Source: Balanoglossus misakiensis
Lineage: Eukaryota > Animalia > Hemichordata
DNA length: 64,000 nucleotides
Direction of reading: 5' to 3'
Assembly (NCBI GenBank): GCA_040954595.2
Contig: CM082591.2
Coordinates: 3,705,957 to 3,769,956 of the forward strand
The notes under the pieces were generated by a model that ran no database searches, was not told where the DNA came from, and saw only the letters and a list, made by a program, of their open reading frames with translations. How positions within the stretch are numbered: position 1 is the stretch's first letter; every line of letters begins with the position of its first letter. This document shows, one piece after another, positions 52,201 to 64,000 of the stretch. Made by a program: the position numbers and the translations under genes.

Positions 52201-53006
52201 TCAATATAATGCTTGGCCAGGCCCCTGGACTGCTGGAGAACTTCAAACCACAGAAGAAAATACTTTTCCTAGTTGTTTCTCCTTTTTTGAGCCAAAATAT
52301 CCTTTAAAGGCCACGGAGAAATAAATCTGTAGCAGCTACATACATTACATCAGACTTTTCAATTCTCCCTTGATTATTATTTGGTGCCTTTTCTGTAACT
52401 TTTGGGTTTATTTCCATTTTTTTGTTCTGTCTAAATATCAAATGCAATTTCTTCCTATACTCAAAACAGCATGGTGCCAATATACCCAGTACTCCACTTA
52501 TAGCCTGCACCATTATTATTGTTAACAGAATGAATTCTACTCCGGACTTTGCAATGCACATAATGTATGTTGCGTTGATTAGCCAAAATGCTGGGTGTTT
52601 CATCCTGTTTCGGGAATTTTAAAAATACCAATTAAATTATGAAATTATTTCTTACTTGCTTGTTTGTTTGTTTGTTTGTTTATATTTTAAAAAGAAAAGA
52701 TGTGACACAACTCAAGAAATTTGTCTTGAAATTTTCAGGTATTCGGTTCCACAAATCCACGTTGCTCGCTAGAGGGCGACACGCATAACAAGATCAGCAT
52801 GCAAAAAGTTTGCGGGGTTTACACGTGCATTGTTCTTGTATGAAGTCCAAAGATCATTTAACGAAAATTTTGTCCAACTCAATGCTGCCTGGCTACTAAA
52901 CGTCAGTTTGCTTCGCCTGCATACAATCACGTAAACAGAGTCAATTCGTAGAATAAGCAAATCACATGACTTCAAAGAGACATGTAAGAACTGGGCGTTC
53001 ACCAAA

Positions 53007-54632
53007 ATGGCTGAAAAGGCGACCACCTTTCTGGAGGAAATCAACGAGAATTTTCTCCTCTGTAGTGTATGCTCACAGCGATACCAGAATGCTAAGCTTC
53101 TACCGTGTCTGCACACTTTCTGCGAGCCGTGTCTGGGTAAACTGGCCGGGGGAGGCCGGTCTGTGACCTGCCCGGTGTGTCGGCGGTCACATCAACTACC
53201 CGCCGACGGTGCAGCCGGGCTTGACAACAACCCGTTCTTGAACGATTTGGTGGAGTTGTTCAAGAAACGAGGCGGCAAGCTAGAAGATCTGGCGAAATGT
53301 GAAGGCTGCAAGCAAGGGGATCAGGTGAAGCACTGCGTGGAGTGTGCCATCGCCATATGCTCCGCGTGTGAAGCCACGCACAAGGTGCTTCCGCTGACGA
53401 GATCCCACCGCCTGATTTCCCTTGACGAGTATCTCTCGGCCAAGTCCTCCGACCCGGCGTCAGTGCAGCCTCCGGTCTACTGCACCAAACACCCAAACTA
53501 CGAGATCGAATTCTACTGCGATACATGCGACGCGGCGATCTGTCTGAAGTGTACAGTGTTGGACCATCCAATGACACAGCACAAATACAGGTGCGTCAAA
53601 GATGCCGCCACAGAATACACCAAACATCTGACGGCCATGGTTGACAAAGTGAAAATGAAAGAAACCGAAGCAAACGACAGCAAAACTGCCGTTACATTCA
53701 CCTTGCAATCCCTGGATACGTGCTCCAAGAAAGAAACCAAGAAACTGAAAGGTCACGCTCAGAAAACGATAGAAGAAACGACTCGTCTTATTACAGAAGA
53801 TGACGACAAACTTCAGACAGAAATGAAGGCCGAATACGACTCAAGAAAAGTCAATTTGAACGCCCAACTGAAAGAACTGGAAATCATGCAGTATGATCTC
53901 TCAAATGCACGAGAATATGCCGAGAAGCTGATGAATTATGGCAACGCTGCGCATCTGATGTCGGCCAAAGTTGGAATCTCTACCAAAGTGAAACAACTAC
54001 TGAAGGAAGAGAGTAAGTGCGAGCCGAGAGAGAGTGACTACATGGAGTTCAAACCGAGTGGCGACTTCTGCAAGACGAAGACCCTCGGTATAATCCAAAC
54101 AGCGGTGAGATATACGTTGACGGGTGTGTCGAAGACGCGAACGGATGGAGATAACACTGTATCCATGGCAACTGGAGGCAACAGAACGCACGGTTCAGCT
54201 TCCGCCGAAGCGGTCAAATCGGAATCGAAGGAAGTTGAGAGTGCGCAGAGGGTGGAAAAGAGTAGAAACGGAACAATGACTTTGAAGACGGGTGTGTCAA
54301 AGACTCAAGCGGATGATGAAGATAACACCGTCGCCACGGCAATGAGAGACACTAGAACGCACGGTTCAGCTTCCGCCGACGCGGTCAAATCGGAATCGAA
54401 GGAAGTTAAGAGTGCGCAGAGGGTGGAAAAGAGTAGAAACGGAACAATGACTTTGAAGACTCCTGCAACGATGGAAGGGAAACATAAACCGCCAAGGAGA
54501 TCACACAGTATAGTGTATCCGGCGATCGTTGTTCCATCGGGTAGGGGGTTTCATTTCGTTAGTAGTCGTGGGGCAACTCTCGTTAGAGAAGAAGCTGATG
54601 GGAGCGTCTCATATGATCACGTATTTATATAA
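53007..54632 (+). CDS. Intronless TRIM/RBCC E3 ubiquitin ligase (RING, B-box1, B-box2, coiled coil, degenerate filamin-like C-terminus); TRIM56/TRIM45-like
   Basis: 541-aa ORF. RING CSVC..LPCLHTFCEPC..CPVCR; B-box1 CEGC..CVEC..CSAC..H..H; B-box2 CTKH..FYCDTC..CLKC..DH..H; helical coiled-coil region; tandem 56/57-aa repeat near the C-terminus. Confidence 0.93.
   Translation: MAEKATTFLEEINENFLLCSVCSQRYQNAKLLPCLHTFCEPCLGKLAGGGRSVTCPVCRRSHQLPADGAAGLDNNPFLNDLVELFKKRGGKLEDLAKCEGCKQGDQVKHCVECAIAICSACEATHKVLPLTRSHRLISLDEYLSAKSSDPASVQPPVYCTKHPNYEIEFYCDTCDAAICLKCTVLDHPMTQHKYRCVKDAATEYTKHLTAMVDKVKMKETEANDSKTAVTFTLQSLDTCSKKETKKLKGHAQKTIEETTRLITEDDDKLQTEMKAEYDSRKVNLNAQLKELEIMQYDLSNAREYAEKLMNYGNAAHLMSAKVGISTKVKQLLKEESKCEPRESDYMEFKPSGDFCKTKTLGIIQTAVRYTLTGVSKTRTDGDNTVSMATGGNRTHGSASAEAVKSESKEVESAQRVEKSRNGTMTLKTGVSKTQADDEDNTVATAMRDTRTHGSASADAVKSESKEVKSAQRVEKSRNGTMTLKTPATMEGKHKPPRRSHSIVYPAIVVPSGRGFHFVSSRGATLVREEADGSVSYDHVFI
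54120..54458 (+). repeat. In-frame tandem duplication (168 + 171 bp) inside the TRIM CDS
   Basis: TGVSKT..RTHGSASA.AVKSESKEV.SAQRVEKSRNGTMTLK occurs twice. Confidence 0.92.
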
Positions 54633-54669
54633 AATCATACAGACGCATTTACATTCAAAGGGACCAAGC

Positions 54670-55030
54670 TATGCAAACACATTAGAACATGAGACTGAAA
54701 ACAAAAATAGCTATTGCAGATTTTGTGTCATTATGTAGTTCTTATGATGTTATAGGTTTGATTGAGACAATCTACACAGAACATAATTCAATTGACTTCC
54801 TAGAAAACCACAGAGTGTACAGATCTCATGCTTCTAAACGCAGTCACAAAGGTCGTCCTAGTAAAGGAATTGCAGTGTATATTCGTAGAAAAATCACAGA
54901 CAACTGAAGGAACTACAGTGCGGCACACAGGAAAGTCTCTTCTCTCGTTTCGATGAAAGCACTTTCTCTTCCCTTTTTCGCGTCATTTTGCCTGCTGTTA
55001 TATTAAACCAGAGGAAAGGCTAGATAAATT
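54670..55030 (+). mobile_element. Degenerate non-LTR retrotransposon (LINE) fragment, APE endonuclease N-terminus
   Basis: Translation gives LKTK..F..SYDVIGLIET..Y....K....GRPSKGIAVYIR, and later CYIKP, which are typical APE-domain motifs of CR1/L2-group ORF2. Broken by stops and frameshifts. Confidence 0.65.
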
Positions 55031-55097
55031 AGATTGTCTTGAAAGTTTAGTGGTTGGATAATATTGGTCCATTATTACTCTGTGTAACAACTGTAAA

Positions 55098-55600
55098 TTC
55101 AACTTCAACCGGAAAAGCTGTATTTTCTTATAAATATTCGCACAAATAATCTGTATCATCAATCAGGTTTTGCTATGAGTTTTCCTATACTCTCTGTATT
55201 TTCTTGTAATCAGTAAGATAACAATCTTTATACCGTCATGTAAATAGATTCTTTCTTTAACTTGTTTTAGTTTTGTTTAAATTTAAATTTAACATAAAAA
55301 CGTTGACTTTATCCTTTTGGAAATATCATTGCGTTTGGTGCAATTTTTCAACTTCAACCGGAAAAAAGCTGCATTTTACGTAAATAGTCACAACCAATCA
55401 AGTTTTCATTGCTATGAATATTCCGACACTCTCTGTATTAACTTGGAAGATAAAAATATTTACTCTGTCATGTACATGTATATTGAACCTTTTTAAAATT
55501 TGCTTTAGTTTAGTTTGAAGTTCACATTTTCAACATGAGTGAAATTGACGTTTTTGTATAAAACACTTTGTTTTATCCTACTCGAAATACCATTGCGTTT
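55098..55600. repeat. Diverged tandem duplication, 2 x about 250 bp
   Basis: TTCAACTTCAACCGGAAAA..GCT...CTCTCTGTATT...GTCATGTA...CATTGCGTTT occurs at 55098 and again at 55347. Confidence 0.8.
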
Positions 55601-55925
55601 TGCGTGCTGAACTAATATAATATAAGCAACCAACAAGAATGAAATATCAACATGTGAGTGTCTATCAAATTAAAAGAAGCCAAAGTACAAGGAAGAACCT
55701 AGACAAGTGTCCCCACCCCTAATAAAATCACACAACAGAGGGCAGGCGTGACAGCCCTGATAACCCCAGGACTCCAGGTCAAAGAAACGGATCGATATGT
55801 GTGTTCACTTGCCCAGTCGACACTCTACATGCAGCAAGTATTTGATTTCATCAAAATCTCTGGATGCCTCTGGGTTTATTTGCATTAACACGCCGCTGAG
55901 TACTGGACGGTGGGTACATGTATAT

Positions 55926-55953
55926 TCTCTCTGTCTCTGCCTGCCTGCCTGCC

Positions 55954-55987
<34 letters not shown>
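55926..55987. repeat. (CTGC)n(CTGT)n microsatellite
   Basis: Direct reading. Confidence 0.9.
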
Positions 55988-56501
55988 GATCGCTTGAGAT
56001 TGAACATGGAGACATGGGGATACTTGCATACACAGGCCTTGTTTGCCAAACCCGGCTATAGGTCAAACATTTGACAAGTTCTGACGTACATCAGAGTAAG
56101 AACTCTGATCTGCCATCTGAATGTGATTTTCTGTTCATTGTATTATTCTTCAGAAGAGAAATATCCGGAAAACTGGTTGAAGGACTTAATTATATCTTAG
56201 TAAGAGGAAATATCAAAATGAGAGTTCGAAACATGTCTTTCAGCAAATCCAGCAGACGTTATTGCCGGCCAGGCTAGTCTGTATAGCAGCGGTCACATTG
56301 ACACAAACAGCAGCACGTGCGTACACGATCACACACTGATGTATGTACTACAACACGATTAGGGACTTGCCAACAACACCACCGACACCGTAAATACTCA
56401 CACTCCTTGTTTCCAACTTTTGCATTTTGCATCAAAGCCATGGTGTTTACATTTAAAAGAAAATGCTTCTCCTTACAGATTGTGCCAAATTTATTTGAAG
56501 T

Positions 56502-59500
56502 ATGGCGTGTTTGAGTGAGTCCTTACATTCATTCAAGGTAAGCCTATAAAACGACCAAAAAAAAAGAATAAATTCATTATCAAATGATTACCTGTTTTAT
56601 CAATAAAAATGGTAATGCCAAATCCAGTTTTTTTGTCAGATTTTACAGTAGGGAGATTATGTGTTAAACGTGGGTCCATTAGCACACAGAAGCGATGTCA
56701 CAGATTCTCACCTTGCTAACCAGGTGTATACATGTACTAACATGTAAATTCCAAATGTGCAATTTGACGATTGGCTACTGGGTGACAGGTTATGACGTAG
56801 TATGGCATGTCGTCAGATCCTGTACTTGCTTGTGACTCGTTCACAGGTGAAGTGCGGTTATGAAGAGCTCTGTCTGGGGAGTGTTCAACTGTGGGTTTGT
56901 CCTTTGGCGTTTGTTTTTTGTCAACTGTGTGGCGTTTGTGTTGCCTAGGCCTGCACGTGAACATTTTGCAATTATTGCTGTGCATCATTTTGGACTAGCT
57001 ACTGGGTTTGTTCCCATTTGATTATCACCACGCAGGCTGAAGACACCGAGGTGACACTTGCCGACAAGCTGAAACCCAAACCGGATCCAGACAACTTGTC
57101 CTTTGGCGGGGAGTTCACAGATCACATGCTCGTTATAAAATGGAGCAAGGACGCGGGATGGGGAAAGCCACGGATCGGTCCATTGCAGAATTTGTCGGTG
57201 CATCCAGCCGCTTCGACGCTACAGTTCTCCGTCCAGGTACACCCGTCTTATCTCTATAGTCCTCTGTTTCCTTTAAAACTCGCTATGTTCAACCGTATAA
57301 TATTGTTTTTGTGTATCTACTGCAGTTTCTTGTTAACGTTCATCTCCGTAAATCATGATGACACTGCCAGTATCTAGCTGATTGCCTATATGCTGCGACG
57401 TTATTGTGCAAAATGTGATTTCAAGTCGGGTTACACACTCACATACAGGCTATATGAACCAGCGGAGTGGATGTAATGGGTGTATTACGCTCTCGTCACT
57501 GTGGCCCTGTGTTTCCCTAACGCCCCAATAGCTAATATCTCATACTTTACCTGTCCACGCATTCCCCCCCCCCCCAGTTGTTTGAAGGTATGAAGGCCTA
57601 CCGAGGTGTGGACAACCAAATCCGCATCTTCAGACCCGAGGAGAATATTGAGAGAATGTTAAGAGGTTCCAGGAGGGCGTGTCTTCCCGTAAGTGTCGCT
57701 AGCAATGTCAGTTTTCTTAACAGTTGCAATTCAAACATACATAATAAACCTTACCTTAATGTTATATCTGTTGTTGAAGATTGTCGCCAGGTACCGAAAT
57801 CTGCAGAAGCGACTTCAAAACTTCCCTTTTCAATTATTTTCTTAGGCTGCGTTTTGCTGATGTCAAGATGCGAAAGGGTAAAAACAATACAACCGACGTC
57901 GTTGTTGCATGATAACTGTCTGTCTGTCCGCTGTCTGTCTGTCAATGCCTGATTGTCTACCTAGCTGGTTAACATTGTGAATATTATTCGTCATATTGAA
58001 ATAAACTAATTGCTCACATGATCAATGATAATTATTGCGCCTCATATTCACAGGAATTTGATGGACATGAATTCTTACTATGTTTGAAAAAACTTCTAAG
58101 CATTGAAAAAGACTGGGTGCCGAACTCTAGAAGCAGTACTCTGTACATCAGACCGACGCACATCGGAACAACGGTAAGATTCGCGAGTGCTGTTAGAAGT
58201 GTAATCGTGGAGATCTTCAGGGCAGTGGGTGTGAATGGCTGTAGCAAGCTATAGTGTAAAAAAGGGGCAAAGATTCTCCGGTAGCTACGATAGTTTCTGC
58301 ATAGTAACCGTCTTTTATGGCAAATAGTAAAGTGTATTCTTTCCTGTTAACCTGGTACGTGTGGCCATGCACTAGCGAACTCCCCAAGGCTATAAAGGTA
58401 CATAGTCATTTAAATACCCATCTCAAAATCTGAATCTTGTCAACTGCATTTCTCTACAGGCAAGTTTGATGCTGAAACCTTCGACCGAGTCCATGTTATA
58501 TGTTATCCTGACCCCTGTTGGGCCATTCTTCCCTGAGGGTGGGCTAAGTCCCGTCAAGTTGCTGGCCGATCCGCAGTATGTCAGATCATTTGCCGGTGGT
58601 GTTGGCGATCATAAATTTGGCGGGTAAGTACCGTCAGTTTAAAGTATTTGAATGTAGTTCGCTCAAACTGACTAGGAAATAATCCAGTGGTCTCCAGTGG
58701 AATCTCTGAGTTCGGACAAGAAACCATGGTGCAGTAATACCCGCGAACAGTATACGTCCCAGGGTAGGACAGAGTCTTTAAATCTTCGAGTGACTGTACG
58801 TTGGCGTACCTTTCCACAATTTTCCAGAAACTATTGCCCGACATTTATGGTACAGGAGGAAGCACAAAGACAAGGGTGTCACCAGGTTCTGTGGCTGTAC
58901 GGTCGTGATCATCAAATCACTGAATCGGGCACGATGAATGTTTTCATGTATTGGGAAAATACAGATGGAGGTAAGATAACAAGTGGCCGTTTGTGTTAAC
59001 ATGTGACCTATAGTTTCTATATCCCAGCACAACCAGAAGTTTCAGTGCTGGCCCTAACATTACTAGTATTGTTCTTCGGTCACTAAACTTCATCATATTG
59101 TGCTTTTCAGTTGTATAACTTACAGTTGTAACTATTCAGTTGTATACTTTATAGTATAACTTATAGTAACATTCTGGTTTATGCATGATGTCCTCTGTAA
59201 TGTTTTTGCATACAGAAAAGGAACTGATTACACCCCCATTGGACGGTCTCATTCTTCCTGGAATCACCAGGAAGAGTCTACTCGATTTAGCCAGGGAGTG
59301 GGTGAGTTGTGATTTATCGATGTGGCCTTTCAATTTTCTCGTAGGAGGGTCAGATTTATATATTTCAAGAACAAAAATGTGAAGAACATTTTTCAAGGCG
59401 CCATATATACGATCGTCGGTATAGACTAGTACCACAGATTAGCAGTTGTTGAAGATTGAATGTTTAGCGATTACTAGCCTTCGTTCCCTTTCGCACGAGT

Positions 59501-60631
59501 GACAAGACAAACTATGGATTTTGGATATTTTGCCTGTCTTGCAGAACGAGTTTAAAGTAACCGAGAGAAAATTTACAATGCCTGATGTCGTGGAAGCCTT
59601 GAATGATAAAAGGGTAAGGCAGATAGAAAGACACAAGACAGGATTTTCACAGTAAATGTGGTTCCATATAGGCCTAAGGGTTATCTGGTTGCGAAATAAA
59701 ATACCATGAACCAAGCTGCAAAACCAACAGAGACGGAAAGGACTATTATCTCCTTGCTGTGATGTGGTTTGATTTTACAGGGGAAAATCATTTATCCGAG
59801 CGTCTCTTGTGTGAAGAGCGATGTTTCAGTAAATGTCAAAATGATCTCATTGTTAATACTCAGAAAACGTGTCTCTAATTTAAACTTTGAACTCTCCCAG
59901 GTATACGAGATATTCGGTTGTGGCACGGCCGTTGTCGTCTGTCCTGTGAATTGTATCCTGTACGGTGGTCAGGCGTTAGAAATTCCAACCATGAGGGAAG
60001 GTGCGCCTATAGCCCGGAGATTATTGAAGGAACTCAGCGATATACAGGTGTGTTGTACTCTATCAAGGGAAAACAGAGATTTCGCGCTACTCTGCAGTGA
60101 ATTTTACAATGATCATATTCATGACCCATACATGACCTTACATCCTCGTACTTCCGTTGGTAAAAATCCATCAGGTTGGCTTAAACCTCTACAGTAACTC
60201 CATAATTGCAGCTGTTGTCAATAAAGTACGTACTGAATTAGAACAGTTACAATTTTACAAGTAATACTTTAGACGTTTCTTGTCCCAAAATATTGAATTT
60301 TAACGATCCCATACCGATGGAAGTACATATACAAGGATGTAAGGTCAAGTAGGGGTCATGAAAATGGCGTATTCCTGAGGTCACACTTGGTGTCTTGTTC
60401 TGTACAGTGAAAACAATGCAACCTATCCTTGAAATGTTGTTATCCATTCACTGAAAGGTCTATCGGTAATATGTGAAATTCTTGTGTTTTAATTTTTACT
60501 GTATGTGGTCAAATCCCATTATATAATTGTATTAAACAATATTCATGGTTTAGATACAATAACTTCTACTGCTCTTTATATTTCAGTTTGGAAGAACGAT
60601 CAGGGAAGAATGGACTCACGTAATAGACTGA
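56502..60631 (+). CDS. BCAT1: Branched-chain amino acid aminotransferase (class IV PLP enzyme), copy 1, with divergent substrate-pocket residues
   Basis: Exons 56502-56537, 57036-57236 ([15 protein letters not shown]), 57578-57688 ([13 protein letters not shown]), 58054-58173 (LYIRPT), 58460-58623 (GGVGDHKFG, catalytic Lys), 58828-58970 (NY..QVLWL..TESGTMN), 59216-59301 (ILPGITR), 59545-59613, 59901-60047 ([11 protein letters not shown]), 60587-60631 (TGA). The symbol denotes the BCAT1/2 family. Confidence 0.93.
60118..60362. mobile_element. Probable MITE: imperfect inverted repeats of about 45-50 bp in the last BCAT intron
   Basis: TTCATGACCCATACATGACCTTACATCCTCGTACTTCCGTTGGTA (60118-60162) is approximately the reverse complement of TACCGATGGAAGTAC..AAGGATGTAAGGTCAAGTAGGGGTCATGAA (60312-60362). 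No clear TSD. Confidence 0.6.
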
Positions 60632-60807
60632 GAATCACAGGAAATGGAAGCTTACAATACATTGCATTACGATACAATATGATACGATACAATACATTTT
60701 AATATCTGCAGAGAAATTAAATGTCTGCTTCAAACAATAAGACTGATATGGTATAAAATGGCGTTCATGCAGGGTGTCAGGGCTTATATACGAGCAGCAA
60801 TAATTGT

Positions 60808-60929
60808 AGCCAATTACAGATTTTCCATGGGTGGCACACGCGAAAACAAAAGCGCCACCAGTACGTTCTTTGGAACACACCATTTTAGCCATTTGTAGAC
60901 ATGTGTACATTGGCGGTGACCGTATACCT
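60808..60929. mobile_element. Truncated second copy of the Kolobok-like MITE at 39625
   Basis: AGCCAAT..CAGATTTTC..TGGGTGGCAC..GCGAAAA..AGCGCCA..GTTCTTT..GGTGAC.GTATACCT|TTAA aligns with 39681-39811. The left TIR is missing. Confidence 0.8.
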
Positions 60930-61660
60930 TTAATAGTAAATAGGAGCGAGACCCCTCCCACGCTTCCACTACAACTCATGAATAAGTGTTTACCGACGAA
61001 AGTGCGTGCACAGTTCAAAACGAGAAGACGGTGTGGCCCAGTCGCTTGACGCACCGACTGGGGTCAAGGTCGGGCTGGTAAAGTCTACTCAGAAATACGC
61101 GTCAGCTGATCAGTATTACAGTCAACTACGAGTATACGAAGATGTCCACAGCGATGTATGCACGGGTAATTCTGTTCAGGTCCACCGCTTTAGGTGTGAC
61201 ACGATCTGCCGTAAGTAATTCATTGTTAAGTATTATCTTAAATTTATATCCCATTATTTTTATTATACACAACAAAGTGTCCGTACCTGGCTGTTGAATG
61301 AGTTGTAACCGCGTCTTCGACACTGCATAACTACGTTGCCAAGGCACCCGTAGTATCGACGCGCGCGACTTCTATTAAAACCACAAATGGCATGCACTAG
61401 ACCGGGCAGGGCACTCGTACATGGTTAAGTTAGGGAACGTCCCTCTTCGTGTCTGATTTATAATTATATGTATGTATGCTAGATTTGTGATGAATGGGGC
61501 AAAATACTTCACAACTAGCATCTACTGATCCAGAGCTGGATGCGGATTTACACCTGGGATACCTGGTTGTCGAGAGCGCTTAATCGTCGCGGCGCCGCGT
61601 CTTGTATAGCAGAACATTGGCGTTCTTTAAGTGTATCATCGTGACAATTCCGAGTATTGT

Positions 61661-62075
61661 ATAGATAAAATTCGCTTTCAGTATCTCCATGTACATTCCT
61701 ATGCGCGTTGAGACTTTCAATGTCATGTCCTTGTGATAATGGCATAAGTAATGAAATCTGTGTATTATTATTCGTCAATACAAAAGGCAGAATAACGCAA
61801 TTTATTTTATTGACATGAGAACATTCATTTTAAATGACAAACGAAACGCACTGAAATATGTGGATATTATATAGAAAAAATCGCTTTCAGTCTCTTCATG
61901 GAAATTCTTGTGCGCAATAAGACTTCGTCAATATCATGTCCTTGTGATAATGACATGTAGCCATGAAAACTGTTTATTATTCATTGACACAAAAGGCGGA
62001 CACACGCAATATTTGTATCAGGTATTATATTTTTATTTTAAAATGACTAACAAAACTAAAAGATATTTTGATATT
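61661..62075. repeat. Diverged tandem duplication, 2 x about 210 bp, between the BCAT copies
   Basis: TCGCTTTCAGT..TCATGTCCTTGTGATAATG..CAAAAGGC..ACGCAAT..AAATGAC occurs twice. Confidence 0.8.
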
Positions 62076-63203
62076 AGTGTGTGACAAGGCGCAATGGCAA
62101 TGTATTCATTGTTTTGTGCTGGCTAACTGGAATACACGGCAGGGGATCGGCGGGGGTCTCAGTGTCTGCGTTCAGTGACCTCCGACAAGAGCCGTTTAGC
62201 GTATTAGAAAGTGCAATGGTTCGAGTTCACCGGGTCTGGCCAGCACTTGGCCACTGGCACTTTTTGTCTGCCACCATTGCAACTTTTACATCGACGGAAC
62301 AAGTATTTCACAATGCTGTACACGAAATTACACAAGAGTCCTTCGCACATGACCAAGCAATTACAGAGTCCTTGGAATGAGCGTTGTGTTTTGGTCCAGT
62401 ATTTTGATGAGAGATTCTCTCACGTTGCCAATCATGACAATGGCATATCACCGCCATGACCAACGCCCAGGGGACCCGCGTTGCCAAACGTTGACATTGC
62501 CTCTGTCCCCATGTGCAATATCTGTCAACTCCCGTTACGTCGCTATAGTAACCCACGGTCTGTGTGGAGTGACCGTGAGTCACCCAATAACCTAGAAACC
62601 GCGATATCCCCTACAGTATGACGTGTCGTGCCATCGACAACAGGAAAGTCACTACCGGCATTCTGTTGACAGTTGCGTACGTGTTTACCAGCAGCGGCGT
62701 GGTGAACGTGATTTCCGTCGTGCGTCATGTACTTGCGTGCGTTCGCTCACGTCATCGAGCGATCACGTACAGCGGTTCTAAACACGGTCGACCCCTAATC
62801 TATTTGCGATGAAAGTCAACAAAAATAGAAATTATATTACTTAATTCCGGACCCAGATTTAAACTTGTTTATACACCACCGAAAGCAGAGCCAGGTTTAC
62901 ATTAATATTCTCCAGTCACCGTTGACCTTAGTAGCTTAAACCTATTGAACCTTCCGTAACAGCGGAAAATATTGTTCTACTTGACCGCATTTTAATTGTC
63001 AGGTGCTTGTTTACAGTTAACCAGTCGACGCCTGCTCGAAGTCTACGCACATAAATTTAAAAAAAACCTCCATGGTGATAATATCAATGAAGTGCGTATA
63101 GGCTGTTGCACGTATTGTTTCCATCTACACTGCCAAGAGATGTCTTTCTGACAATTTGGAATTTTTCTACCTGTTACAGACTGTGCCACGTGGTTCTCTT
63201 GGC

Positions 63204-63791
63204 ATGGTATGTCCGAATTTGTACCGACAAATTTCTTCTTTCAAGGTAAGCCCAATGTAAATACCAAGTATATCATACTTGTTTCATTGGTGTCGGATGT
63301 TGCTGAATGTTAAGGAATGTCTCGATGGATGTTATGGGTCCGTGGCTAATGACGGCCAAGTGAAATCCTAATATTTCAGGAATTGGACGAATTCCTTTTT
63401 TGTCGTGACCTTCAGATTACATATAAGGAAGAGCACATCTTTATACATTGCCTTTGAGATCCACTTTCATGTTTCAGGGTTTGTTAGACATAGTTCCAAT
63501 TGTGTTATGTTGATATTATTATGGCAAGTATTACAGAACGTTGCATTTGTCAGTTGGAAACAAAGTTCTTATCATTAACCTCCACTACAGGCTGATGATA
63601 TCCAGGTGACACTTGCCGACAAGCTGCAGCCCAAACCGGATTCAGACAAACTGGGGTTTGGCGGCATTTTCACAGATCACATGCTCACCATTAAATGGAA
63701 GAAAGAAACAGGATGGGGGAAGCCACAAATCTGTCCCGTCCAGGAATTTCCGATGCACCCGGCCACTGCAGCGTTACACTACGCTATCCAG
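63204..63791 (+). CDS. BCAT1: Branched-chain amino acid aminotransferase, copy 2 (5' part; continues beyond the window)
   Basis: Exon 63180-63245 (..MVCPNLYRQISSFK|gtaagc; possibly extended by an upstream exon) and exon 63591-63791 (ADDIQVTLADKLQPKP..FGGIFTDHML..GWGKP..HPATAALHYAIQ). Exon boundaries match copy 1. Confidence 0.88.
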
Positions 63792-64000
63792 GTACAGTCG
63801 CTTGGCTTTGCCGCTGTATGTTGCTTGGGTTTCGAAATTGTAGTACCCAAATTCACCTAAAGTGATAATAAATAGACCCAGCCCCCCAACCCTATCCACG
63901 AGACCCTATGGGATCTTGTGTTGGCAAGGCAGTGTAAGACTGCAAATTAACATACCTCATTTTGTAGGCCCTTTAGCAATTTGCATGTTAACTATACCTA

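Noticed and set aside
1-64000. tRNA, rRNA or other structured ncRNA genes; prokaryotic defence or operon systems
   Set aside because: None were recognised by eye, and the spliced gene structure shows the DNA is eukaryotic. A tRNAscan-SE/Infernal run would be needed to exclude small RNAs.

Overview
AT-rich, intron-dense animal genomic DNA, probably from an invertebrate deuterostome (hemichordate/echinoderm-like, inferred from gene style only). Most of the supplied ORFs are exon fragments or noise, so gene models were rebuilt by hand from GT-AG sites and reading phase. From left to right: (1) the 3' end of a gene with no transmembrane segment in the visible part, carrying a hevein-like 8-Cys module and two 6-Cys 'CDDGG' repeats; (2) type-I receptor 1 (signal peptide-SRCR-WSC-CUB-CCP-CCP-TM-Tyr-motif tail); (3) a short two-LTR non-autonomous retroelement with a PBS-like site and TSD; (4) a divergent choline/ethanolamine kinase; (5) paralogous receptor 2 (two candidate signal-peptide exons, 7x CDDGG-SRCR-CUB-CCP-CCP-TM-tail with 8 Tyr motifs); (6) a divergent long-tailed tetraspanin; (7) a meiotic HORMAD with a PHD finger and probable winged helix; (8) a CD151/TSPAN11-like tetraspanin, probably with very long 5' UTR introns; (9) an intronless TRIM (RBCC) gene followed by a LINE fragment; (10) two tandem branched-chain aminotransferase genes, the second cut off by the window end. 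There are also several MITEs and tandem repeats. The best candidate for an undescribed system is the three-gene cluster at 47-22269: paired modular receptors plus a probable soluble relative, built from phase-1 exon cassettes that share an unfamiliar Cys/Asp-rich repeat.
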